From: Vampirovibrionaceae bacterium NZW_1234
GTDB taxonomy: Bacteria; Cyanobacteriota; Vampirovibrionia; Vampirovibrionales; JAGQHJ01
Length of the DNA stretch: 64,000 bases
Assembly: GCA_041697335.1 (NCBI GenBank)
Contig: JBGUGD010000007.1
Span: 32,001-96,000, forward strand
Direction: 5' to 3'
Shown here: positions 29,616 through 38,295 of the stretch, piece by piece
Layout: every line of letters begins with the position of its first letter
How positions within the stretch are numbered: the stretch's first letter is position 1
The notes under the pieces: generated by a model
Told to the model about the DNA's origin: nothing
Databases searched by the model: none
What the model saw: the letters and a program-made list of their open reading frames with translations, nothing else
Translations under genes and position numbers: made by a program

Positions 29616-30221
29616 ATGACAATCACAGGGGCTATTTTGGCTGGAGGCAAAAGTTCTCGGATGGGAGAGCCTAAGGCTGGAGTCCGTCTTTGGGACGGGC
29701 GAACGATGCTAGACTACGTGATTACAGCATTAAGACCGGTATGTCAGCAACTGGTTGTGGTTGGAGATAATGCTGGGGTGGATTTGTCTGGTTATTCTGG
29801 GTTGATTCATCTGGTAGATCGGAATCCCGGTTGCGGCCCTTTGGCGGGTTTAGAAGCCCTGTTTGAAAGCCGCTTGGATCATCGCTATCTCGTTGTTTCT
29901 TGTGATCAACCCCTACTGACTCCAGCGTTGCTTCAGATGCTTGTGGCAGCGGCTTCCGATACAAGTTTTACGTTTTTTAAAGGTGACTCTGACGAACTAT
30001 TTGACCCGTTCCCCGGTATATATCCTTCATGTTGGTTAACCGAGGTCAGGCAATATCTTGCGCAGAAAAGCTATGCACTTCGGCCAGCTCTCAAAAGAGA
30101 AGATATTCGATGGGTGCCTATCTCACCTTCTGATTCCAGATTCTTGGAAAGCATTAACACTCCCGAGCAGGTCCGGCGTATAATGGACAAGCCGTCGAAG
30201 GAGACCTTTCATGTTGGTTGA
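29616..30221 (+). CDS. mobA: Molybdenum cofactor guanylyltransferase
   Basis: ILAGGKSSRMG, GPLAGL, SCDQP, SINTPE. Confidence 0.9.
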   Translation: MTITGAILAGGKSSRMGEPKAGVRLWDGRTMLDYVITALRPVCQQLVVVGDNAGVDLSGYSGLIHLVDRNPGCGPLAGLEALFESRLDHRYLVVSCDQPLLTPALLQMLVAAASDTSFTFFKGDSDELFDPFPGIYPSCWLTEVRQYLAQKSYALRPALKREDIRWVPISPSDSRFLESINTPEQVRRIMDKPSKETFHVG

Positions 30222-31188
30222 TCGGTTTGGTCGTATTCAAAATTACCTCCGCATTTCTGTTACGGATCGATGTAATCTGCGTTGTGTGTACTGCATGCCA
30301 GAGGAGGGCTTGGCTTGGAAACCTCGTGAAGAGATACTAACCTATGAAGAAATTGTCCGGCTGGCTCAATTGATGGTCAATTTAGGTGTGACGAAGATTC
30401 GTTTGACAGGGGGGGAACCAACAATTCGCCAGGATTTTGAGCACTTAATTGAAGGGCTGGGGCAGGTGTCTGGTTTACAGTCACTTTATATGACCACGAA
30501 TGGCTTGTCATTGGCCGATCATGCTCAGACCTATAAAAGTCTCGGGCTTACCGGAGTCAATATTAGCCTGGATACTCTGAAGCCTCATCGATTTCTTGCT
30601 ATTACACGCCGCTCAGGGTTTGATTCTGTCATGAAAGGAATCGAGGTGGCTTTAAGTGCTGGGTTCAATCCTGTGAAGCTTAACGTGGTCGTTATGGCCG
30701 GTGTGAATGATGATGAAATCTTGGATTTTGTTCGATTTGCCTCAGACAAGCCTTTGAATGTCCGTTTTATTGAGTGGATGCCCTTTCAACAGACTCCTTG
30801 GAGCCCCCAGGGCATCACCTCTTATCGACAAATGCGAGAGACCATTGAAACCCATTATTCACTCACACCGATACCCAGTGAAAGATCTGCTGTCGCTAAA
30901 GATTTTGCCATTAAAGGATTCCCGGGGACTGTCAGCTTTATTACTTCGATGACAGAGAGCTTTTGTGGGACTTGCAGTCGAATTCGACTCACCTCGGATG
31001 GGAATATCAAAGCCTGTTTATTTGAGCCTGTTGAAATTCCGCTACGTGATTTACTTCGCAACGGGGCTTCAAATGAAGAATTGGCCCGCCAGATTCAGAA
31101 GGCCATCTGGTTAAAACCTCAGGGGCATCCTCCGCCGGTTGATATTCCGGCTGAACAAAACCGGGCTATGGTACACATTGGTGGATAA
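30211..31188 (+). CDS. moaA: GTP 3',8-cyclase (radical SAM)
   Basis: YLRISVTDRCNLRCVYCMP, RLTGGEP, FCGTCSRIRLT...C, C-terminal IGG. Confidence 0.96.
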   Translation: MLVDRFGRIQNYLRISVTDRCNLRCVYCMPEEGLAWKPREEILTYEEIVRLAQLMVNLGVTKIRLTGGEPTIRQDFEHLIEGLGQVSGLQSLYMTTNGLSLADHAQTYKSLGLTGVNISLDTLKPHRFLAITRRSGFDSVMKGIEVALSAGFNPVKLNVVVMAGVNDDEILDFVRFASDKPLNVRFIEWMPFQQTPWSPQGITSYRQMRETIETHYSLTPIPSERSAVAKDFAIKGFPGTVSFITSMTESFCGTCSRIRLTSDGNIKACLFEPVEIPLRDLLRNGASNEELARQIQKAIWLKPQGHPPPVDIPAEQNRAMVHIGG

Positions 31189-31204
31189 AGAGGAGACAGA
31201 ACAG

Positions 31205-32164
31205 GTGCGTGATATTACGGCAAAAATTCACTCCCTCAGAACGGCTACAGCCCAGGCAGTCTTGCGGGCTTTACCTGAAACAGTGACTCGTATTAAAGCG
31301 GGAGACTTGCCAAAGGGCGATGCTTTGCCTGTCGCAAAAGTGGCTGCTATTCAAGCCGCGAAAAATACGTCTTTGCTTATTCCCTATTGTCATCCGATTC
31401 CAGTTGAATCGGTCACTGTGGATTTTTCGTTTATGGATTCTACAATCACGGTTCAAGTGGGTGTCAAAACCATTTACAAGACCGGTGTCGAAATGGAAGC
31501 GCTTTCGGCTGCCGCAGCTGCGGTGCTGACCATTTACGATATGGCCAAGATGCTCGACGAGACCATGACCATTGGGGATATTGTGTTGCTTGAAAAGCAG
31601 GGTGGCAAATCAGATTTTAAACAGGCTTTTGCCTCGTCTTTGCGTGCCGCGGTTATCGTCATGTCGGACTCCATTGCAGAGGGCAAGAAATCGGACCGAT
31701 CCGGCCAGATGATTGTTGAGCGTCTTCAGTCTGAAGGGTTAGTTGTTGAAGATTATCAGGTGATTCCAGATGATGTTGAGGCAATTCGTCGGTTGATACT
31801 CAAATACAGTGACGAAGAGCAGCTGGATCTGATTGTGACCACTGGTGGGACTGGTGTTAGTCCCCGTGACCAGACACCAGAGGCTGTAGAAAGGTTGCTT
31901 GATCAACACTTGCCTGGAGTTGCCGAAGCGATTCGAGCTTACGGACAGGAGAGAACCCCTTATTCCATGTTGTCTCGCTCCTTGGCTGGCGTGAGAAAGC
32001 GGACTCTGATTCTGACTCTTCCAGGTTCCACCGGTGGTGTTGAAGATGCCTTAAATGCTGTCTTTCCAGCAGTACTGCACGCGTATAAAATGCTCTGGGG
32101 AGGAGGCCATGGTGAGGCTGCTTCTTCTACGCAAGAACCATCTGAGGTGTCTACTGTTCAATGA
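31205..32164 (+). CDS. moaCB: Bifunctional MoaC/MoaB (cPMP synthase fused to molybdopterin adenylyltransferase-like domain)
   Basis: LIPYCHP, TGVEMEAL, IYDMAK, EKQGGKS then TTGGTGVSPRDQTPEA, LPGS; GTG start after GAGGAG. Confidence 0.92.
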   Translation: MRDITAKIHSLRTATAQAVLRALPETVTRIKAGDLPKGDALPVAKVAAIQAAKNTSLLIPYCHPIPVESVTVDFSFMDSTITVQVGVKTIYKTGVEMEALSAAAAAVLTIYDMAKMLDETMTIGDIVLLEKQGGKSDFKQAFASSLRAAVIVMSDSIAEGKKSDRSGQMIVERLQSEGLVVEDYQVIPDDVEAIRRLILKYSDEEQLDLIVTTGGTGVSPRDQTPEAVERLLDQHLPGVAEAIRAYGQERTPYSMLSRSLAGVRKRTLILTLPGSTGGVEDALNAVFPAVLHAYKMLWGGGHGEAASSTQEPSEVSTVQ

Positions 32165-33384
32165 TTTCCTATGAGGAAGCCCTTCAGATAGTGCAAGACG
32201 CCATTTCTCCTTTGGGTGAAACGGTATTGCCACTCGACTTGGCATTGGGGGCTGTTTTGTCTAAGCCGGTTGTTGCACCGTTTGATATTCCTCTGTTTGA
32301 TAACTCGGCTGTGGATGGTTATGGGATTCGTGTTGAGGATGTCCCAGGGGCTTCGTCGGAAGCGCCGGTTTCTCTGACCTTGGCCGGAAAAGTCCCTGCG
32401 GGTCATTTACAAGCAGAGGCTTTTGAAGCGGGTACCTCGGTTCAGATATTAACGGGGGCCCCGGTCCCACCCGGTGTTGACGCTGTGGTGATGCAAGAGT
32501 ATACCGCTGTGCAAGATGGTGTTGTTGTCTTTCGACGAGGTGCCAATTTGGGAGAAAATATTCGTCTCCGGGGCGAGGAGTTTTCTCAAGGCAGTGTTGT
32601 TATGCCCGCCGGAACACCGTTGAATCCAGCCGGTATTGGGATGTTGTCAACCTTAGGACTTACCAAAGTCAGCGCGTATCGCAAGCCCAAGGTTGCCCTT
32701 GTGATTACGGGCAACGAATTAATACCGCCGGGTCAACCTCTTGAGCCTGGGAAGATTTATGAATCAAACACGGTTACATTGAAGGCTGCACTCGCCCTTC
32801 TAGGTTTAACGGACATTTCTGTTTTTACGGTTCAGGATGATTCTGAAGCGACTCAGGCGATCCTTCGCCAGGCGATGGACTATGCTGATGTCACTATTTC
32901 CAGTGGCGGGGTTTCCGTGGGGGAGTTCGATTTTGTGAAGGAAGGGTTTCTCTCGCTGGGCATTCAGCCACACTTTTGGAAAGTTGCGATTAAGCCTGGC
33001 AAACCTGTGTTTTTCGGTACCTCGCCTGGCAAGGTGGTGTTTGGCTTGCCTGGGAATCCTGTTGCAGTCCTTTTAACATTTCATTTTTTGGTGCGTCCTG
33101 CCTTATTAAAAATGATGGGGTACACTCCAGCGCCACCCTTACCTATTCAAGCTCGTTTGGCTAAAACGTTAAAAAAACGTCCAGGAAGGATGGAATGGGT
33201 TCGAGGACATTTATCGGCGGATCACTTGGGTGAGTACACAGTTACACCAACACTAGGGCAAGGTTCTCATATGTTGGGTGGTTTGGCTACAGCGAATGCT
33301 ATTATTGTTTTTCCTGAGAACGACGCTCTTTTGCCTGAAGGCTCCGTTGTACTCGTATATCCTTTACATTGGGGGATTTGTTGA
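32161..33384 (+). CDS. moeA: Molybdopterin molybdenumtransferase
   Basis: FDNSAVDGY, ILTGAPVP, TGNEL, SGGVSVG, KPGKP, GLPGNP. Confidence 0.95.
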   Translation: MISYEEALQIVQDAISPLGETVLPLDLALGAVLSKPVVAPFDIPLFDNSAVDGYGIRVEDVPGASSEAPVSLTLAGKVPAGHLQAEAFEAGTSVQILTGAPVPPGVDAVVMQEYTAVQDGVVVFRRGANLGENIRLRGEEFSQGSVVMPAGTPLNPAGIGMLSTLGLTKVSAYRKPKVALVITGNELIPPGQPLEPGKIYESNTVTLKAALALLGLTDISVFTVQDDSEATQAILRQAMDYADVTISSGGVSVGEFDFVKEGFLSLGIQPHFWKVAIKPGKPVFFGTSPGKVVFGLPGNPVAVLLTFHFLVRPALLKMMGYTPAPPLPIQARLAKTLKKRPGRMEWVRGHLSADHLGEYTVTPTLGQGSHMLGGLATANAIIVFPENDALLPEGSVVLVYPLHWGIC

Positions 33385-33638
33385 TGTCACCGGCGTTAAA
33401 GACAATCCATATTCACTATTTTGCAATTTTGCGAGAACAACGAGGTGTTAGTCACGAAAGTCTGCAAACGGCTGCGGTCACGGCAAAAGATCTGTATGAG
33501 ACCTTACAAAAACAGTTCTCGTTTACGTTGTCTCTCGACATGGTTAAAGTGGCCATCAACCAATGCTTTCAACCTATGGAGACACCTTTGAAAGAGGCGG
33601 ATCATGTGGTGTTTATTCCACCCGTAGCCGGAGGCTGA
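33384..33638 (+). CDS. moaD: Molybdopterin synthase sulfur carrier subunit
   Basis: YFAILRE, VAIN, C-terminal FIPPVAGG; TGATG coupling to moeA. Confidence 0.93.
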   Translation: MSPALKTIHIHYFAILREQRGVSHESLQTAAVTAKDLYETLQKQFSFTLSLDMVKVAINQCFQPMETPLKEADHVVFIPPVAGG

Positions 33639-33640
33639 GC

Positions 33641-35161
33641 ATGTTTGAACTGACTGAGACCTTATTGGATCCTGAGCAACTCAAATCTCGGTTAACAGAC
33701 CCGAGGGCAGGAGCCTGTGTGACCTTTGAGGGTTGGGTGCGGAACCATAATGAAGGACGCCAAGTCATTTCCTTGGAGTATGAAGCCTTTACAGAGCTTG
33801 CCAAAATTGAAGCCACAAGAATATTAGAAGAAGCCAAAGACCGCTTTTCGCTCTTACAGGTCTATGCTGTCCATCGAACTGGTACATTGGCTATTGGTGA
33901 TATGGCTGTGTGGGTTGGGGTGAGCGCCCCACATCGAAAGGAAGCTTTTGATGGGTGTCGCTATATTATTGATGAAATTAAGCATCGTTTACCGATTTGG
34001 AAGAAAGAGACTTATATTGAAGGCGATTCCGGCTGGGTTAACTGTGAGCACTGTGTGAATACTCAGGGGCATTCTCATGTTTCCATTACCCCTGAACTGT
34101 ATTATTCTCGCCAAGAACAATTGCCAGACATGTCGAAAAGCGGATCTGAGCGCTTGCGAGGGTCAAAGGTCCTTGTGGTTGGAGCTGGTGGACTGGGATC
34201 TCCAGTGCTGGTGGCTTTGGCGCAAGCGGGTGTTGGCACTCTGGGAATTTGTGACTTTGATGTCGTCGCGGTTTCTAATCTTCATCGCCAATGCTTGTAC
34301 ACGGTCGAGCAGGTGGGCCTTCCTAAAGTGACGGCAGCACAAGAGACTCTCAGCTCAATCAATCCCTTTATTCAGCTTCATCTTCATGAGATGCACCTGG
34401 CGCCAGATAATGCCGCCAATCTGTTCCGTCAGTACGATCTGGTTTTAGGGTGCACCGATAATTTTGATACTCAGTTTCTCTTGAGTGACATGGCACTCTT
34501 GACGGGCACGCCCGTGATTCAGGCCAGTGTGTATCAATACGAAGGGTGGCTTCATGGCATTTTTCCACGTGAACAGGAGGCGTGTTTGCGTTGCTTGTGG
34601 CCTATACAGCCAATGCCTGGATGTACAGGTGTTTGCAGTGATGTAGGAACACTTGGAGCGGTCGTGAATACGCTAGGCTCGCTTCAAGCCATGGAAGCCT
34701 TGAAGTTTCTCCTGAATATGCCTCGGAGCCTCACTTCAGATACCTTACTACTTGTTGATTTACTGAGTATGTCCATTCAGACAATTCGGCAGCCTGGCAA
34801 TGACGCTTGTCCTTTGTGTCGTCAACATTCGGATTTAAAATCCGTTGATAAATTCCATTCGGTGCTCAGGGATGAATCTATAGAAATAAATGTTGAGCAG
34901 CTGTCTAACGGGATTTTGATTGATATCCGAGAATTGCATGAACGGCATAGACCAATTCCGGATGGCTGCAACGTGCTCTGGATGCCTCTAAGCCAATTTT
35001 CGCCTGACGCCCTTGAGCCTCAAAAATCTTATATATTATGCTGTTCTCACGGTGTGCGCAGTCGCTATTTGGCCCGTCAGCTCCGAGGACAAGGAATTGA
35101 CGCATATTCGTTACGTGGTGGTCTGCTTGCCTTAGACAACGGCAGCACCGTTTCCTGTTGA
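33641..35161 (+). CDS. MoaE-MoeB/ThiF-rhodanese triple fusion
   Basis: MoaE (GACVTFEGWVRNHN, HRTG, PIWKKE), then MoeB (YSRQ, GAGGLG, SNLHRQ, TDNF, CLRC, CPLC), then rhodanese (IDIRE, CSHGVRS, SLRGG) in one frame; GGAGG RBS. Confidence 0.88.
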   Translation: MFELTETLLDPEQLKSRLTDPRAGACVTFEGWVRNHNEGRQVISLEYEAFTELAKIEATRILEEAKDRFSLLQVYAVHRTGTLAIGDMAVWVGVSAPHRKEAFDGCRYIIDEIKHRLPIWKKETYIEGDSGWVNCEHCVNTQGHSHVSITPELYYSRQEQLPDMSKSGSERLRGSKVLVVGAGGLGSPVLVALAQAGVGTLGICDFDVVAVSNLHRQCLYTVEQVGLPKVTAAQETLSSINPFIQLHLHEMHLAPDNAANLFRQYDLVLGCTDNFDTQFLLSDMALLTGTPVIQASVYQYEGWLHGIFPREQEACLRCLWPIQPMPGCTGVCSDVGTLGAVVNTLGSLQAMEALKFLLNMPRSLTSDTLLLVDLLSMSIQTIRQPGNDACPLCRQHSDLKSVDKFHSVLRDESIEINVEQLSNGILIDIRELHERHRPIPDGCNVLWMPLSQFSPDALEPQKSYILCCSHGVRSRYLARQLRGQGIDAYSLRGGLLALDNGSTVSC

Positions 35162-35176
35162 TTTGAGAGTACCGGA

Positions 35177-35917
35177 GTGGAAGGATTCGTTTATAGCTTG
35201 ATTTTTTGTGTCGCTGCTTTGTATGCGTCGGTGGGTCATGGCGGCGCTTCGGGTTATTTGGCGGTTATGTCCACTTTAACAATAGTATCACCTCAGGAAA
35301 TGGCAACGACTGCATTAGTTCTGAATCTGGTTGTATCTGGTATTGCTTTTTTCAACTATGCTCAAGCCGGTTTCTTTAGACTTGGATTGACATGGCCTTT
35401 TTTAATATTGTCTATTCCATTGGCGTTTTTAGGTGGGTTGATGCCATTAAAAGATTCACATTATTATGCTCTATTAGCATTGGTCTTGGCCTTTGTCGCG
35501 ATTCGCTTAATTGTACCGTCCACACTTTCTGTCATTGACACAGACACGAAAGCACCATCAAAGCCCTTGGCTTTAGGGGCAGGTGCTGCCATTGGTTTGC
35601 TTTCGGGGATGATTGGGATTGGTGGGGGCATTTTTTTAAGCCCGCTTATGGTGATGTGTCGTTGGGCCAAGACCAAAGAGATAAGCGCCACGGCAGCATG
35701 TTTTATCCTGGTAAACTCTATAGCAGGTCTGGCAGGACGTCAGGTGCAGCACTACGTTGCAATGTCGGATATTTTGTTTTATTTACTCCCAGCACTTTTG
35801 GGTGGTATTATCGGTTCGTATTTTGGTGCTCGAAAATTACCAAGCCCTCGGTTGAAACAGCTTTTAGGGCTTGTATTATTGATTGCCGTAGCAAAAATGC
35901 TCACTCGAGTTTTCTAG
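35177..35917 (+). CDS. Sulfite exporter TauE/SafE family protein
   Basis: ASVGHGGASGY and GMIGIGGGIFLSP motifs; about 8 TM helices. Confidence 0.9.
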   Translation: MEGFVYSLIFCVAALYASVGHGGASGYLAVMSTLTIVSPQEMATTALVLNLVVSGIAFFNYAQAGFFRLGLTWPFLILSIPLAFLGGLMPLKDSHYYALLALVLAFVAIRLIVPSTLSVIDTDTKAPSKPLALGAGAAIGLLSGMIGIGGGIFLSPLMVMCRWAKTKEISATAACFILVNSIAGLAGRQVQHYVAMSDILFYLLPALLGGIIGSYFGARKLPSPRLKQLLGLVLLIAVAKMLTRVF

Positions 35918-37683
35918 GCTCTGGCATTAACCCGTTCATAAGTGCGTACAAAACCGGCTTGGGTGAGTTGGCAGTCCGGCTCCAATTCCAGGGTTTGATG
36001 ATAATAATCCAGCGCTTCCTGGTCTTGACCCATCACCTCATAGCAAGCGGCAATATAATACAAGGCATGGCTGTCCGGCCCAAACAAGGCAATGGCTTGT
36101 TGATACGATGCAAGGCATTCTTCAAACCGATCCAAACCGTAATAGAGTTTGCCTAACCAATACAATGTATTGAAATCTTTCCGAATCAGGAAAAAGTTGT
36201 CTTGGACCATGCTCATGGCATCAATCAGGGTTTGGCGCTGTTGCATGTCCAGATGAGGCAAGATGGTATCCAGATAAGGACCAATAAAGTAGAAGACAAT
36301 GGGATCGCAGTTGCAGAGTTTGAGGAGGGACATGCACCCCCGAAATACGCTCACCGGGTTTGATACTTGAAGAGAGTGAATCAAATCTTGCGAAAAATAC
36401 AAGTTATTGATTGGGTTTTCTCGATCGACTTTCTCTGAAAAATAATAGCGACTGTGACTGAATGACGGTTTTTCGTTTTCTGGAGCTAAAATTCCGAAAA
36501 CAGTTGATAGACAGACATCTTTGTCTTGTGTCGCGAAAAAGAGCCCACCCTGGTTGGTAAAAAATTGTCCAATGGCATGGTAGTTCACCATGAAGGAAAA
36601 TGACCCGTGTAGCGCATAGTTTTGGTCCCAATGGTCCAACATGTATTCAGGGTAGGTAAAGCCTTTATCAGACGAAATTAGTGCCAGTTTATTCTGGCCG
36701 ATGGCTTGTAAATTTCGGAGGCACTTAAACGAGCTGATGGGAAACAGAACGCTGGCGTTGCGGTATGTATCTTGATACTGCCGCAAGATGGTATTAAGTA
36801 CAGGGTCAGGGTAATAATTGCTGGAGACTTTGACGAAGTGTTCTGTCTTACGGATCTCTTGCAGTGTGGGGGCTTTATAGCGGTTTTCATCGTTTACGGG
36901 GCGATAGAAATTGACACGCCCTTCCATTAACTGCCCGTTTTCAATGCGGAACAGATCGTGGCGAATGGTGTCGAAAAAGTAGTTGGCAACAGCAACAACG
37001 GGATTGGATACTTCGCCCTGTTTCAGCGTTCGTTTTGTGCGGCGTAAGTAAAGCTCGGTGTCATCTTCAGGGCGGAAAACGGCAAAATCAATGAGCCCCT
37101 GCTCGGCATAAGGCTTGAACTTAGGGTTCGCTTCCCAAGCTTGGACGTTATTTTCCGTAAAGTCAGTCATCACATAGACCACCTGAAAGGGCCCTAGCTC
37201 GGGATAATAGGCTTTGCGCTTGGCCAACTCCTTGGTGACATAAAAACTCAATCCACCAGATCCGGCTGCTAACTCAATAACATACACCGGCTGGCTGGCA
37301 TCCAGTGTTTGGTAAGTGTCTAGCAGGAACGACAGAATGAGTTCGGCATACGTTCGCCCGATGAAGGCGTTACAGGTGGGGTAAAAGGGCACCTGATTCC
37401 AGGCTTCAATCCCGGCATTGCTGTAAAAGTCTTCCTGCATTTTCCACAGCAAGCATTCAGACAGGCGTTTGTCCGATTCCAGTACTTCATAATCCGGATT
37501 TGACAAGGCCCGTGTAAATGTTGCCGTCGCCCGATCATGCCCGCTTATCTGACTCAATGGGCTTAAGGGAATATACTGCGGCACTTCTCCCGGCTGTAAC
37601 AGAGGTTTGCTGATCGTTACCTGATCGCTATCAGTATTTTTTACTGTTTTGGATGCCCGCTTCTTTTTCTTTTGCTGTCCCAT
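35914..37683 (-). CDS. SAM-dependent methyltransferase-like (NDUFAF7/MidA-like) protein with C-terminal TPRs
   Basis: VIELAAGSG (SAM motif I), ANYFFD, SSDKG; C-terminal TPR helices (YWLGKLYY, YYIAACY, LELEPD). Start uncertain. Confidence 0.75.
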   Translation of the reverse strand: MGQQKKKKRASKTVKNTDSDQVTISKPLLQPGEVPQYIPLSPLSQISGHDRATATFTRALSNPDYEVLESDKRLSECLLWKMQEDFYSNAGIEAWNQVPFYPTCNAFIGRTYAELILSFLLDTYQTLDASQPVYVIELAAGSGGLSFYVTKELAKRKAYYPELGPFQVVYVMTDFTENNVQAWEANPKFKPYAEQGLIDFAVFRPEDDTELYLRRTKRTLKQGEVSNPVVAVANYFFDTIRHDLFRIENGQLMEGRVNFYRPVNDENRYKAPTLQEIRKTEHFVKVSSNYYPDPVLNTILRQYQDTYRNASVLFPISSFKCLRNLQAIGQNKLALISSDKGFTYPEYMLDHWDQNYALHGSFSFMVNYHAIGQFFTNQGGLFFATQDKDVCLSTVFGILAPENEKPSFSHSRYYFSEKVDRENPINNLYFSQDLIHSLQVSNPVSVFRGCMSLLKLCNCDPIVFYFIGPYLDTILPHLDMQQRQTLIDAMSMVQDNFFLIRKDFNTLYWLGKLYYGLDRFEECLASYQQAIALFGPDSHALYYIAACYEVMGQDQEALDYYHQTLELEPDCQLTQAGFVRTYERVNARA

Positions 37684-37917
37684 GGGTCTCATTTTCCCGT
37701 AAGATGCCGTTGCTATTTTGACATAGCTGCTCCTGCAACAGATCATGCAGATAAGGGAGGTCTGCATTTTCAGTGGCAAAATCATCCGTTGCTGGCAATT
37801 GGTGATGCATTTGAGGAGAAAGCAAGCAAACTCAGTGAATTTTTAGTCTAAAGCAATTTTCGGAAGGATTGGGTTTTAATGAAATAGAAGTCGATACCAA
37901 TAATTTGAGTGACACAG

Positions 37918-38295
37918 ATGAACAACTCGGTTTCATTTTCTTCAAATACCCGTTTTGCAGGCACATTCTCCCAAATTCCTGTTCGTCACCATCAGCGGAA
38001 ATTACAGCCAACATGGATTATATTGAATCGTGAGGCTGAATTTCGAGCACCAACTCGCTTAAAGCCCAAACAACTACGGGCGTTGCTAAAATCCATGGCT
38101 CAAAAGTGGCCAAATCTTCGCATGAACCTTGAAATCAATAAAAAAATGCCGCTGCAACATTGGGCTAAAATCCAGATTGTTCCTAGCAATACTTCGGAAC
38201 AGGCACTTCTTGAGGAAACCCAGGCGGATCAGTATTTAAGGGGGCGATTGGAAAAGGTTAAGTCCCAGTTTGTTTATCACCATGGTGCTGTATGA
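37918..38295 (+). CDS. Hypothetical basic protein (N-terminal RFAG motif)
   Basis: Open frame MNNSVSFSSNTRFAG...; convergent with and overlapping the giant gene by 19 nt. Confidence 0.55.
   Translation: MNNSVSFSSNTRFAGTFSQIPVRHHQRKLQPTWIILNREAEFRAPTRLKPKQLRALLKSMAQKWPNLRMNLEINKKMPLQHWAKIQIVPSNTSEQALLEETQADQYLRGRLEKVKSQFVYHHGAV

Noticed and set aside
37860..37917. Sigma-28-like GTCGATA element upstream of leader-bearing genes
   Set aside because: No correctly spaced TAAA -35 box, and not consistently present before the other leader genes.
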